64,000 nucleotides of DNA, from the NCBI GenBank assembly GCA_963794945.1, contig CAWCFT010000002.1:64001-128000 (forward strand), in the 5' to 3' direction. Positions 19,952-30,062 of this stretch are shown here, one piece after another. Below the pieces are notes generated by a model. That model did not search any database. It saw only the letters and a list, made by a program, of their open reading frames with translations, and was not told where the DNA came from. Every line of letters begins with the position of its first letter. The stretch's first letter is position 1. Made by a program: the position numbers and the translations under genes. Source of the DNA: Endomicrobiales bacterium (GTDB lineage: Bacteria; Elusimicrobiota; Endomicrobiia; Endomicrobiales; CAWCFT01).

Positions 19952-20644
19952 ATGAAAACAATATTATTTATTGTCACGGTTGTTATATTTATATCCGGCT
20001 GTACGACGCTCAGGCGGCCTGTCACGGTGCCGAACGCATCAGGGATCGAACAGGACTTGAGGTATCAGGCAGTTGAAAAGGCGTGCGACCTTATCACGAA
20101 CAAGCACTCGAGACTCGAAGAAATTACAAAACTGATAATAATGAAAGAAAAAGAGATAGATAATTTCACCAAAAAGGACGCCAGCAATCACAGCAGCGGC
20201 CACAAATACATAATTGAAGTGCTTAGGGAATCGATAAGTGAGTTGACGAACGAAATGGAAATGAAAGCCCGCGTAACCCAAAACATTGAAAGCCTGGTGC
20301 AGAGGTTAAAACCCAACAAACTGTGCGTTGAGATACTGGGCGATTATGACAGGCAGTATATTTACCGTTATATAATAGAAAAGGAGCTCCGGAAGAATGA
20401 ATTGACCAATCTATCCGAAGAAAGAGATGCTGACTACAAACTGCGGGTGGTCTTAAAAAAAGACGGTGTAGACGCGCGGGATTATAATTGTTTGTGGCTG
20501 TACACAACCCACACACTGCAAGCGGAAGCGGACGTTGTATTTGAATTTATTGATATTAAGACTAACACAGTTATATTTACCGAAACAAATCACGGCTATG
20601 CCTCTTACAAGGAGAGCTATTTTGTCGGTATCGGGCCATTGTAA
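19952..20644 (+). CDS. Hypothetical lipoprotein
   Basis: Signal peptide with lipobox FISGC. Confidence 0.65.
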   Translation: MKTILFIVTVVIFISGCTTLRRPVTVPNASGIEQDLRYQAVEKACDLITNKHSRLEEITKLIIMKEKEIDNFTKKDASNHSSGHKYIIEVLRESISELTNEMEMKARVTQNIESLVQRLKPNKLCVEILGDYDRQYIYRYIIEKELRKNELTNLSEERDADYKLRVVLKKDGVDARDYNCLWLYTTHTLQAEADVVFEFIDIKTNTVIFTETNHGYASYKESYFVGIGPL

Positions 20645-20735
20645 GAACCGTTAAAAATTGTTATTCTGAATTATACTGTCAAATTGGACGACATGTCACG
20701 ACGTAACAGTATGCAATAGATTTATTATAATGAAC

Positions 20736-20817
20736 CGCCCCTCACCTCCCGCCACTAAACCATCGGCGGGCAGGCTTTTCCTCTCCCTCGAGGGGAGAGG
20801 ATGAAAGGTGAGGGTGA
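20736..20817. repeat. CCCTCACC...CTCTCCCTCGAGGGGAGAGG...GGTGAGGGTG palindromic element
   Basis: Related to the inner element of the 9.3 kb and 10.6 kb repeats; carries a small CCCGCC...GGCGGG hairpin insert. Confidence 0.7.
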
Positions 20818-21044
20818 TAAATGGCTAATTTTGACAGCTATAATATTCTTACAATAATATTTCACCCGAGATTTTGCAACAGGAATCGGATTCTTTGAAT
20901 AATGCCGGTTTTGTCCTGTTTGTAGCTGCGAAGCTTGCTTCGCCCGTTTGGCTTTGTGGTTTTACAGCAACATCAGCAGAGCAAGCTCTGCGGCTACAAC
21001 AGCTTTTATGTCTATTGTAAAATCTGGGTTTTAAGGAGGCACAA

Positions 21045-21239
21045 ATGCCTATTGTACATGTTGAATTGTGGAAAGGAAGGACCAAAGAAGTGAAACAGAA
21101 GATCGCGGAAGATATAACCGGTTCTCTTGTTAAGAACGCGGGATGCCCGGAGGAGTCCGTTATAGTAGTTTTCAACGAAACGCCCGCGGAAGACTGGATG
21201 ATTTCCGGCAAAATGTGCACGGCGCCGGTAAAGAAATAG
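21045..21239 (+). CDS. 4-oxalocrotonate tautomerase family protein
   Basis: Pro-1 (MPIVHVE), GRTKEVK, W..SG; AAGGAGG RBS. Confidence 0.9.
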   Translation: MPIVHVELWKGRTKEVKQKIAEDITGSLVKNAGCPEESVIVVFNETPAEDWMISGKMCTAPVKK

Positions 21240-21297
21240 AACTTGCCGCTGAGATATTCCGCTATAGATGGCGTGTAGAAATTATCAGGAGCTAAAA

Positions 21298-21870
21298 ATG
21301 GACAAGTTATCGATCGATAAACTGAGGACAGCCCTGGTTGTTATTGACCTTCAAAAAGGTGTTGTTGAGCGCAAAACTGTTCCTTACTCTACAAAGGTCG
21401 TTGTAAACAATGCTTCAAGGCTTGCCGAGACTTTCAGGATCAGCAATATGCCGGTATTCTTAGTGCGTGTAAATTTCTCCCCTGACGGCAGGAACCGGCT
21501 GAACCTGATCACGGACGCGGCAATGCCGGTACAAACCCCTCCGCAGGAGTGGTCGGAAATCGTCCCCGAGCTTGGGCCCAAGAAAAACGATATCGTGATA
21601 ACAAAGCACCAGTGGGGCGCTTTCTACGGCACTGACCTTGAACTCGAGCTCAGGAGGCGCGGGATAACTACCATAGTCCTGTGCGGCATACACGCTAACG
21701 CCGGCGTTGAGAGCACGGCCAGGTTCGCCTATGAATACGGGTATAACCAGATATTCGCGGAAGATGCGATATCTGCGATGTCTGAAGAGGAATATACTTT
21801 CCCAATAACCAAAATATTCCCGCGCATGGGGCTTGTGAGAAAGACCGAAGCAATACTGGCTGCCTTGTAA
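21298..21870 (+). CDS. Isochorismatase-family hydrolase
   Basis: TALVVIDLQ, KHQWGAFYGTDLELELRRRG, GVESTAR, EDA. Confidence 0.9.
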   Translation: MDKLSIDKLRTALVVIDLQKGVVERKTVPYSTKVVVNNASRLAETFRISNMPVFLVRVNFSPDGRNRLNLITDAAMPVQTPPQEWSEIVPELGPKKNDIVITKHQWGAFYGTDLELELRRRGITTIVLCGIHANAGVESTARFAYEYGYNQIFAEDAISAMSEEEYTFPITKIFPRMGLVRKTEAILAAL

Positions 21871-22089
21871 CACAAGCTTGCCATAACAATAATGCTTAAT
21901 TATTCATTTATAAACTGCAACTTTATAATCACGTTAAGTGTCTAAAGGTCTGAACGTAAACACAATTTGCTGCAATAACTTTACAAACCTGTATATAAGA
22001 TGTAAAATAGATGCACTAAAACCACGGGCATACTCGTGGTTTTAAATCAATATATAACAAACAGCCAGAGGATAAGTTAAGAGGAATAA

Positions 22090-23529
22090 ATGAGAAATGC
22101 AAAGTATTATGTATTTATATTCATAGCTCTGTCAACAATTCTTATAGCGCGGTCAATGGCGCTTGCCAAATGGAGTATTTTTGATATCGGCAAGGCCAAT
22201 TATACGCTGTACGGCATGGCCATGGGCGCCGCCAGGAATGACGGGATCAACAGGATATATGCTACATCCACGGACACAAATATTTATGAATACACATACA
22301 CCGGCAACACCTGGACACATGATTATATCGGGCAAGCCTGGGGAATAATGAACAGCCTCGCTATAGGCAACGGCAGAAATGACGGAATAAACAGGATATA
22401 CGTGGCGGCCGTGAACTCACATATGTATGAATTAACTTATTCAACATCTGTGGCAGGGTCATGGGGCCTGGTTGATTTAGGCTCCGGGTTAGGCCTGCTA
22501 AATGGCGCTCCCATGAACGGAATGAATGGAGTTGCTTTAGGCAACGGAAGAAATGACGGCATAATAAGGGTCTATGGCGCCTGCGACGACGCCCACATGT
22601 ACGAATTTACATATACGGCAGGTGCATGGTACAAAGTTGACATGGGCTCAGCGACCGCGGCTTCAGGTATGACAAAAGTAACGCTGGCTGCCGGCAGGAA
22701 CGATGGAATGATCAGAGTGTACGCGTCGAACGATGATACCCATATGTACGAATTTACATATTCTGGCGGAGCCTGGACCAGCCTTGATATGGGTAGCGAC
22801 GCGTCCCAGATGAGGGGTATAGCCTCGGGCAACGGAAGGAACGACGTTCCTAGTTATGTAAGGATCTATGGCGCTAACGCCGATGGGCGCATGTTCGAAA
22901 ATTCGTATTCGAACGTTAACAGCTCATGGACATTTTCTTGTATGGATAACAGCACACTTTCAAACGCGAATAGCTGGATGGAAGCCGTTATATTAGAAAA
23001 TGGCGAGAACGATGGCGTTTTGAGACTATATGGCGCGGACCACGATACGCATCTGTATGAGTTTACCTATAATACCAGTGTCAGTACGTTCACCAAAGTG
23101 GATATGGGTATGAGCGGCTCCTATATGAACTCTATCACATCCGGGTTCGGCAGAAACGACGGCATAGTGCGCATCTACGCGACAAACGCTAATGACCATA
23201 TTTATGAGTATACGTTCAGCACCAGCACGCTGATCTCAGAAAACCAGAGCAATAACGCGATCGTCAACGCTGTTGTTTACCCGACATTCGCTAATCTTTC
23301 AAAAGGCGATAAGATAAATTTCGCTAACTTCACTCCGGGCGCGAAACTGGTAATTTTCACGCTTGCCGGGCATGTAATCAAATCTATTCAGGCGGATGCG
23401 AATGGCCTCATTCCCTCATGGGACGGCACTATAGACAACGGCGGCAAGGCGGCATCTGGCACATATATAATCCACTCTTCAGACAATGTCGGCAGCTATA
23501 AAACATTTAAGATAATGCTGATCAAATAA
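22090..23529 (+). CDS. Secreted seven-repeat (probable beta-propeller) protein with FlgD/T9SS-like C-terminal domain
   Basis: Seven G-x-G-R-N-D-G-x-x-R-(I/V)-Y...YE(F/Y)TY repeats; C-terminal VYP...IFTLAGHVI...WDG....G..AASGTYI. Confidence 0.75.
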   Translation: MRNAKYYVFIFIALSTILIARSMALAKWSIFDIGKANYTLYGMAMGAARNDGINRIYATSTDTNIYEYTYTGNTWTHDYIGQAWGIMNSLAIGNGRNDGINRIYVAAVNSHMYELTYSTSVAGSWGLVDLGSGLGLLNGAPMNGMNGVALGNGRNDGIIRVYGACDDAHMYEFTYTAGAWYKVDMGSATAASGMTKVTLAAGRNDGMIRVYASNDDTHMYEFTYSGGAWTSLDMGSDASQMRGIASGNGRNDVPSYVRIYGANADGRMFENSYSNVNSSWTFSCMDNSTLSNANSWMEAVILENGENDGVLRLYGADHDTHLYEFTYNTSVSTFTKVDMGMSGSYMNSITSGFGRNDGIVRIYATNANDHIYEYTFSTSTLISENQSNNAIVNAVVYPTFANLSKGDKINFANFTPGAKLVIFTLAGHVIKSIQADANGLIPSWDGTIDNGGKAASGTYIIHSSDNVGSYKTFKIMLIK

Positions 23530-23550
23530 AATACCGCACGGGAGATTTGC

Positions 23551-24517
23551 TTGGAATTTAACTATAAATTAGACAAAAATATTCCGCTTCTATTAAAATT
23601 CATATTGATACTAATGCTGGTAGTTGTGACCAATGCGCGTGCCGACATGCCTACTTCTCAGTTCCTGCTAGTCGGACAGGGCGCGCGCGCGGAAGCGATG
23701 GGCGAGGCCGTAGTCGCTGATTGTTACGACCAGAACGGCAACTTTCTGGAACCCGGCAGGGATGTCATTCGCCCACAATCCCGAGATAGGGTTAAACAGC
23801 GTGCCGCTGGTTGGCAACATAATGGTCAACAACCTCAGCCTCATATACCCGGGAAAGAAGTTCAGTTTTGGTTTGAGAGTGATAACGATGTCCAGCGCGA
23901 TGGACAATGTCGATTCAAACGGGGTAATACAGGCGCAGGGCCTGAGCGAAAACGACAACAATACCGATATTTTCGTGTCTTACAAACTGCTCGATTATTT
24001 TTCCATCGGAATAGGCGCAGGGTCTACATCGATGCAATTCGTGACCCCGGGCATGACGTACAGCGCATCGACCACAAACGAGAATTTAGGCGTAGTCTAT
24101 AACAAGAATTTCCTGTCCCTTGCCGCTTCCATCGACAACGTTGGAGATAATGTAAAATTGACCAGCGACAGCCCGGGCGAACCCCAGCCTGAAGTTATCA
24201 GGGTCGGCGCCGCCTATAAAACCCTGGACGCGAACAATCTTACCCTTGCGGCGGCAATAGAAGACTCCGTATTCGATAAGACCGCGAGCGGGTTCAGGTT
24301 CGGTTCAGAGTACGCGTTCAGCCAGTATTTCGCCGTGCGCGGCGGGTTAATAGTTGAAAACAGCGGCGACACGAAACCCACTGTGGGGTTTGGCGCATAT
24401 TACGCCGGTTTCGGCCTGGATTTTTCCACAACCCTGTCACCTTCAAGCATGAGCGATATTAATATTTTCAGGTTCGGCCTTTCATATAAATTCACTGTAA
24501 GTGAACCTGAACAATAA
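23551..24517 (+). CDS. PorV/PorQ-like (UPF0164) outer-membrane barrel (frameshift near 23740)
   Basis: FLLVGQGARAEAMGEA then FWNPAGMS in the next frame; GSEY..AVRGG; RFGLSYKF. Confidence 0.75.
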
Positions 24518-24621
24518 TAACGCGCCGTGCGTATCCAACCCTTCCTGAATTATTTCATCTGAATTGATTTCTCTTTAAAAAAATTATACCTTATATCCAT
24601 ACTTTTGATAACTGCATCAAA

Positions 24622-25497
24622 ATGGAGTCAGCCATGCGCGGTATATTGTTATCGTTCGTATTCCTGATATTTGGGACTGCATCATCCCTATTGGCAGAAC
24701 CCCTTGTTCTTGAACAGGCGGGGAATGTATTGAAGCAGGGGACTCTTGAGGCAGGAATGGCAGACCTCGCCTACCAGATAGGGTCATCAAACGTCACGGA
24801 TGTTTCAGGCAATGTCACCAACAAAATAACCAATACCGCTTTTATCTTCCCGTTATACGCTCGTTATGCCTTCAGTCCCGTAATAGAAGCCTCGTTAGAG
24901 GCCCCGTATTCATCGGTAAGCCTGAAGGAAGAGCCGGCTGGAGGCATGTCACAGATCTTTTCTGATTCAGGGCTCGGCGACCCCACCCTCACAGGCAAAT
25001 ATAGTTTTGTGCTCAAGGGCTGGGACCTTGCAGCCGCGGCCGCGTTCAGGATCCCCGAAGGGAAACAAAGCTCAACCCTTCCTTCGAGCTTCCGCCAGGG
25101 TTTCAACGTTAAACCACTTGTAGCCGCTCGTAAGGTTTATGGATTTACAACTTTAAACTTAAATGTTTCTTATGACCTGGCGGGCGCTTACACTGATGAG
25201 AACAACGTAAGGCAGGAACCCGCGGACGTTCTCAGCGGGGGGATAGGCGCAGAAATTGATTCGCCGGATGTCGACCTTATAGCCGAGTTCATCTATAACA
25301 GTATTTCAAGGTCGTCAACTACCGGTATAAATGCGACTAACAACCCGGGCAGCCAGATGGACTTCGTGTTCGGCTGGCGGCACATTATCGGCAACATCAA
25401 AACAAAATTCGGAGTTGACATCGCGCTTGGCGACCAAATATACCGCACTTATGATTACAGGGTTCTGATAGGGATAACTTATCTTTGGAAGATATAA
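24622..25497 (+). CDS. Putative outer-membrane beta-barrel protein
   Basis: Signal peptide, SGLGDPTLTGKY motif, C-terminal aromatic strand; true start may be 24634. Confidence 0.6.
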   Translation: MESAMRGILLSFVFLIFGTASSLLAEPLVLEQAGNVLKQGTLEAGMADLAYQIGSSNVTDVSGNVTNKITNTAFIFPLYARYAFSPVIEASLEAPYSSVSLKEEPAGGMSQIFSDSGLGDPTLTGKYSFVLKGWDLAAAAAFRIPEGKQSSTLPSSFRQGFNVKPLVAARKVYGFTTLNLNVSYDLAGAYTDENNVRQEPADVLSGGIGAEIDSPDVDLIAEFIYNSISRSSTTGINATNNPGSQMDFVFGWRHIIGNIKTKFGVDIALGDQIYRTYDYRVLIGITYLWKI

Positions 25498-25515
25498 CCA
25501 GTTAAAACTTCAGCA

Positions 25516-25767
25516 TCACTTATGCTGAAGGGCCGGGTCATCAAATAACGTTTTCTTGAACATCGACGATGAGTTTTGGTCTTTTTGTGATTTTTTCTGC
25601 CGTTGTTTCTTAGCGGATGATTTGTTTTTTCCGGAGTGTTTTTTTGAAGGTTCTGTTGTGGAAGCGGCTGAACCATCATCTGACTTCTTTTTCTTCGCTT
25701 CAACTACAGGCGCTGCTGCGAACGCCAAACAAAAGAAAACTGCAAAAATTGCTGCCAACCTCTTCAT
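25516..25767 (-). CDS. Small secreted Lys/Ser-rich protein
   Basis: GAGGAGGA RBS, signal peptide MKRLAAIFAVFFCLAFAA, basic low-complexity body. Confidence 0.65.
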   Translation of the reverse strand: MKRLAAIFAVFFCLAFAAAPVVEAKKKKSDDGSAASTTEPSKKHSGKNKSSAKKQRQKKSQKDQNSSSMFKKTLFDDPALQHK

Positions 25768-25798
25768 GATCTCCTCCTCATAAATACATATTTCAATA

Positions 25799-27316
25799 CT
25801 ACTTAAAATATTTTTCGAAGAAAAAGCCATTAGGGGAATACGGCAGCCAAGAAGGTATGTTGTAATACTTTTCTTTGATATCCTTAAGCACTACGCCGCG
25901 GTAATTCTGGTAATTGAATTTGTAACCCTGCACAAAATAGAACTGAGCGCCGTCGATCATCACCCTTTCGACCTCCATATTCTGAAAAAAAGTAGAATAT
26001 TCGTTAACCTGCGGCTCTGAGCTTCTTACTATAAGTATGTCCTTGCCGTCTATTAGCCTGAAATCGGTCAGAATATCGTCCTGCCTGCCGTGTTGAGAGC
26101 CTCCTCCGAAAACAATAAAATATTCTCCCAGATGGTAAGTGAGCAGCGCCGATTCCGCGTAGCTTGGCGTGGCAAGCACGTACTTGCCCTCGTATTTCTC
26201 GATATATTTGTGCACCTGCTCCGGTTTGGTACCAATTATTATAGTGCCGTAATCCTTGCTCCTGGCAAACCACTTAACCGGCACCGAAAGCACTGCGCCG
26301 ATTATGAACAGGTGGATTATCGTAAACACAGCCGTATATTTCACGGTTTTAACCAGTTCCTCGTCTGTAAAAATAAAGAACAACAGTATGTACATAAAAG
26401 AATAAAAACCCAGTACCCAGTGCAGGCCTATGACCTTTTTTATAGACAGAACCGCGAAAAGAGCGAGCGACGCGGCAAAAACAAATGCGAACACGGCGAA
26501 CCCGGTGCCGAACATGCGGTTCTTTATGGAAGGAAGGCGAACGGACAGTTCCTTATACCTGCGGTAAATGAAATACACTACAGCCGGCGTCATAAGATAA
26601 ACCTGGCTTACAACAAACAGCAATACTTTCAGAATCGAGAAACTCTCGCGCTTGTTACGGTTGAAAACATTGAACATTATGTTGGTCCAGCAGTGCGTGT
26701 AGTTCCAGCCAATATTAAACGCGGCGAAGGGGATAACAGAGGCGAACAGCAGTATGAACCCTTTAGTCCGCTTACTGTCTCTTGGCAGTGAAAAGAAATA
26801 GACAACGTAGGCGAGGCCCAGAAAAACAGCGAAATATTTTGAGAGAAACGCCAAGCCCAGGGCCATGCCGCTAGAAATATAAAAAAGATAACTTTCGGTT
26901 TTTAACGCGTAATAGAGGAAGAATGCGGAAGCGAACGAGAAAAAAATCAACGGTGTATCTGTCGTTATGATAACGTTGAGTACGTTCAGGGGAGAGACCA
27001 GCAGGAAAACCGAAACGAGAGCCGCTTTTGCCTCGTCTAACGGTTTAAGTAAAAAATAGATCCCAAGAGCGATAAGTACGGTAGACAATATCGCGGGCAG
27101 CCTTATTAGAACGACCGAATGGCCAATAAAAGAGAGCAGGTACAATATCCAGCCAACCATTGGGGGGTGGTCGTAATAACCCATATCCACAAAACGGCCC
27201 CAAAGAGTAAAGTAAGCCTCATCGCTGGTTAAAGGAATCGCCACCGCCAGCATGACCTTTACTACAAGAGTTACCAGTACTGCCGGCCAGAGAAGTCTTG
27301 ATATCTTGTTTTCCAT
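25799..27316 (-). CDS. GT39/ArnT-like (GT-C) glycosyltransferase
   Basis: DEAYF, GYYDHPPMVGW, TTDTPL, GLAFLSKY; multiple TM helices. Confidence 0.85.
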   Translation of the reverse strand: MENKISRLLWPAVLVTLVVKVMLAVAIPLTSDEAYFTLWGRFVDMGYYDHPPMVGWILYLLSFIGHSVVLIRLPAILSTVLIALGIYFLLKPLDEAKAALVSVFLLVSPLNVLNVIITTDTPLIFFSFASAFFLYYALKTESYLFYISSGMALGLAFLSKYFAVFLGLAYVVYFFSLPRDSKRTKGFILLFASVIPFAAFNIGWNYTHCWTNIMFNVFNRNKRESFSILKVLLFVVSQVYLMTPAVVYFIYRRYKELSVRLPSIKNRMFGTGFAVFAFVFAASLALFAVLSIKKVIGLHWVLGFYSFMYILLFFIFTDEELVKTVKYTAVFTIIHLFIIGAVLSVPVKWFARSKDYGTIIIGTKPEQVHKYIEKYEGKYVLATPSYAESALLTYHLGEYFIVFGGGSQHGRQDDILTDFRLIDGKDILIVRSSEPQVNEYSTFFQNMEVERVMIDGAQFYFVQGYKFNYQNYRGVVLKDIKEKYYNIPSWLPYSPNGFFFEKYFK

Positions 27317-27392
27317 TAACAAAGCTCCATAATTTTCAAAATTCTTGTTTAGATTATAGTAAAAATTTACATTTATTAAAAGCTCAAAATTA

Positions 27393-27530
27393 AGACTGTT
27401 GAAAAAGTCCTCAACAGTTTTGATTACGGTGATTATTAACTGCGATTACAGCGATTAAAAGCTTTAAATCACCGTAATCTCCGTTTGTTTGTCGCTGTAA
27501 TCTGAGATTTTTAGTGTTTTCAACTGTCTC
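27393..27530. repeat. GATTAC/GTAATC palindromic repeat family, copy 1
   Basis: GACTGTTGAAAA...GATTAC units...GTAATC units...TTTTCAACTGTC; relatives at 48307-48448 and 52047-52108. Confidence 0.7.
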
Positions 27531-27614
27531 ATAATTCAACAAAGAATTATTTTTGCGATACGGAAATATCCAATTGATTTTTGCCTCATGTTTTAGTAAC
27601 ATCAATGATACCTT

Positions 27615-29066
27615 ATGAAGACTAATGCTTTGTTTTTCATGTTAATATGCACTTTGGTTCTCGTACCGGCAAAGCTTATCGCTCAAGACGCAGTGGCGGA
27701 GAGCTCTGCCAGTGTAAAGGCCGCGCAACCCGCGGGCGAGGAGGAAATCCCGCCCTATCACTGAAGAGACACCTGAAACAAACCCTGAAAAAGAAAAGAT
27801 AAAGCTCCCCGAATCTGAAGCTGCGGTAACCATTGACACGCAAAAAAAACATCAAAAAATGCTGGCGCGCCAGAAGGCAAGGGAAGCCGAAGCGCTTTTT
27901 GAGCAGGCTGTAAAAAGTTACGAGCAAGGCTCACTTCCTAAAGCTCAGGACAGTTTCAACAGTTCCCTTTTAACCCTTTCATCTTCAGGCATCGACGCGG
28001 GCACTCTTTACTCCATCAGGGACGACTATAAGAATATATTCTCAAAGATCCAGAGAGCCCTAACCGACAACACCACAAGTTACGAAAGGTCCGGCAAAAA
28101 GTACACTATAAAAATGGAATTGGACAATGAGCTGGTGCAGAAATATCTCAAACTGTATTCGGAAGGCAACGCCAAGCCTATAATTAGAAAAGCCCTTGAG
28201 CATTCCGGCAGGTACCGCCGGATGATTCTGGGCATACTGAAGGAATACGACCTGCCCGAAGAGCTGGTCTACCTGCCCGTAGTCGAAAGCCTTTACAATG
28301 TGAACGACTACTCCCGCGCCGGAGCCATGGGCCTTTGGCAGATAATGCCGGAAAAAGCGAGGGACCTCAACCTTAAAGTGAACTACTGGATTGACGAGAG
28401 GAAAGACCCTGAAAAATCCACCCGAGCGGCTGCAAGGTACCTTAAAGAGCTCTACATCATGTTCGATGACTGGCACCTGGCGCTTGCCGCCTACGACCGC
28501 GGAGAGTTCGGGCTGGGAAGGGACCTCAAATTCTCGAAGGCCACCAATATCACAGAGATGAAAACCCGCAGAGCCGTTCCCGCCGAAACACAGTCGTATG
28601 TACCTCAGTTCATAGCATCGACTGTTATTGGAGACGACCCACCGCGTACGGGTTCGACCTGAAATACGATAAACCGGTCGCCTATGATAAGGTGCAGCTG
28701 GGAAAGATAGTTGACTTGAAGATTGCCGCCGAATGCGCAGGAACCAGCCTTGAGACTATAAGGGACCTAAACCCGGCCCTTAAGGCCTGGTGCACCCCGC
28801 ACGGTTATCCGGATTACGAACTCAATATACCGGCCGGGACAAAAGAGAGCTTCCTTGCCAACCTTGCGAATGTCAAGGAACTTAACCCCTCAAGCGGCTA
28901 TATTAAATACAAGATCGTCAAGGGCGATTGCCTCAGCAAGATCGCTAAGAAATTCGGCACAACGGTGAAATCTGTAAAAGAAGACAACCATATAAAGAAC
29001 CAGAACACGCTGAGGATAAACCAGGTTCTTATGATCCGCCCCGGCCGAAAGTATATGGTTAACTAG
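27615..29066 (+). CDS. mltD: MltD-like lytic transglycosylase with LysM (two frameshifts)
   Basis: Signal peptide at 27615; YLPVVES, AGAMGLWQIMP, DERKDPEKSTRAAARYLKEL, LAAYDRG; LNPAL; LysM YKIVKGDCLSKIAKKFG. Confidence 0.85.
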
Positions 29067-29080
29067 ACGAACCCCTTAGC

Positions 29081-29109
29081 TTGACAAACAGCACCCTTTG
29101 TAGTAATAT
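29081..29109 (+). promoter_or_regulatory. Sigma70 promoter of the cob operon
   Basis: TTGACA-17 bp-TAATAT, 20 bp before the riboswitch. Confidence 0.65.
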
Positions 29110-29128
29110 TAATCATCTTTGAAATATG

Positions 29129-29299
29129 AATAAACCGAGGAAGTCCCGTAATGCCGAAAGAGATTTAGGCTGATCCGGGCGCTGCCCCGCAACGGTAATT
29201 CTGCAGTAATAAGCAGTAAGCTATAAGTGACAAGAAAAGACACTTAGGGCTTAATACTTAAAGCTTATAGCTGTTAGAGAGCCCGGTCGACGGTTTATT
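29129..29299 (+). ncRNA. Cobalamin riboswitch (with inserted hairpins)
   Basis: AGGAAGTCCCG...TCCGGGCGCTGCCCCGCAACGGTAA...GAGCCCGGTCGAC; closing stem AATAAACCG/CGGTTTATT; upstream of cobU. Confidence 0.75.
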
Positions 29300-29417
29300 T
29301 TCACAAAGCTTGAAAACTGCGGTGCCCGTCATCTCTTTGCCGGGACCAATGTATTTTGAGCGTCCTTTCGCGGGAAAGGTTATACTCTCCTAAGCAAACA
29401 CCGGAGGAGAGTGTATC

Positions 29418-29456
29418 AAACCTCATTTTATCGCGAAATGGGGTTTTTTTTATTTT
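29418..29456 (+). terminator. Intrinsic terminator (probable riboswitch expression platform)
   Basis: AAACCTCATTT-loop-AAATGGGGTTT followed by a T-run. Confidence 0.75.
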
Positions 29457-29576
29457 GCGGTTCAAACTATTAGAACCGCATAATAACCCTCCGTAGCTGT
29501 GTATCAATGCGGCGAATAGCCGCGGCTATTGATAACACGTCCAGCGCAGGAGCGTAATTAATCTTTTGAGGAAGAC

Positions 29577-30062
29577 ATGATACTTATAACAGGCGGAATT
29601 AAATCGGGAAAAAGCACCCTGGCGCTGGAACTCGCACGCAAGTCGAAAAGCCCCAGAGCTTTCATCGCGACGTGCGAGGCCTTTGACTACGAGATGAAAG
29701 AAAGGATAAAACACCACCAGAAGGAAAGAGGCGGAGGCTTTATCCTGTTTGAGGAACCCACCGACATATTCAAGCCGTTAAGAAAAACGAAGGCGAACAC
29801 AGTCGTCATAGACTGTGTTACCACGTGGGTATCAAACCTTATTTATTATAAAAAGGATCTAAACAAATTTTTCAAGGACTTCCTTGAGGCGCTAAAGGGC
29901 AACGAGATAATCGTGACTAACGAAGTGGGCTGTGGAATAATCCCGGATAACAAGCTCTCAAGGGAGTACCTCAACCGAATAGGCGAGATAAACAAACTGC
30001 TGGCTCAGCGTGCCGATGAGGTGTATTTGATGGTTTCCGGCATAAAGGTGAGGATCAAATGA
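29577..30062 (+). CDS. cobU: Adenosylcobinamide kinase/cobinamide-phosphate guanylyltransferase
   Basis: ITGGIKSGKS, EMKERIKHHQKER, IDCVTTW, VTNEVGCGIIP. Confidence 0.95.
   Translation: MILITGGIKSGKSTLALELARKSKSPRAFIATCEAFDYEMKERIKHHQKERGGGFILFEEPTDIFKPLRKTKANTVVIDCVTTWVSNLIYYKKDLNKFFKDFLEALKGNEIIVTNEVGCGIIPDNKLSREYLNRIGEINKLLAQRADEVYLMVSGIKVRIK

Noticed and set aside
18437..21870. Integron cassette array (run of short co-oriented genes)
   Set aside because: No attC-like RYYYAAC...GTTRRRY palindromes between the genes and no integrase in the window
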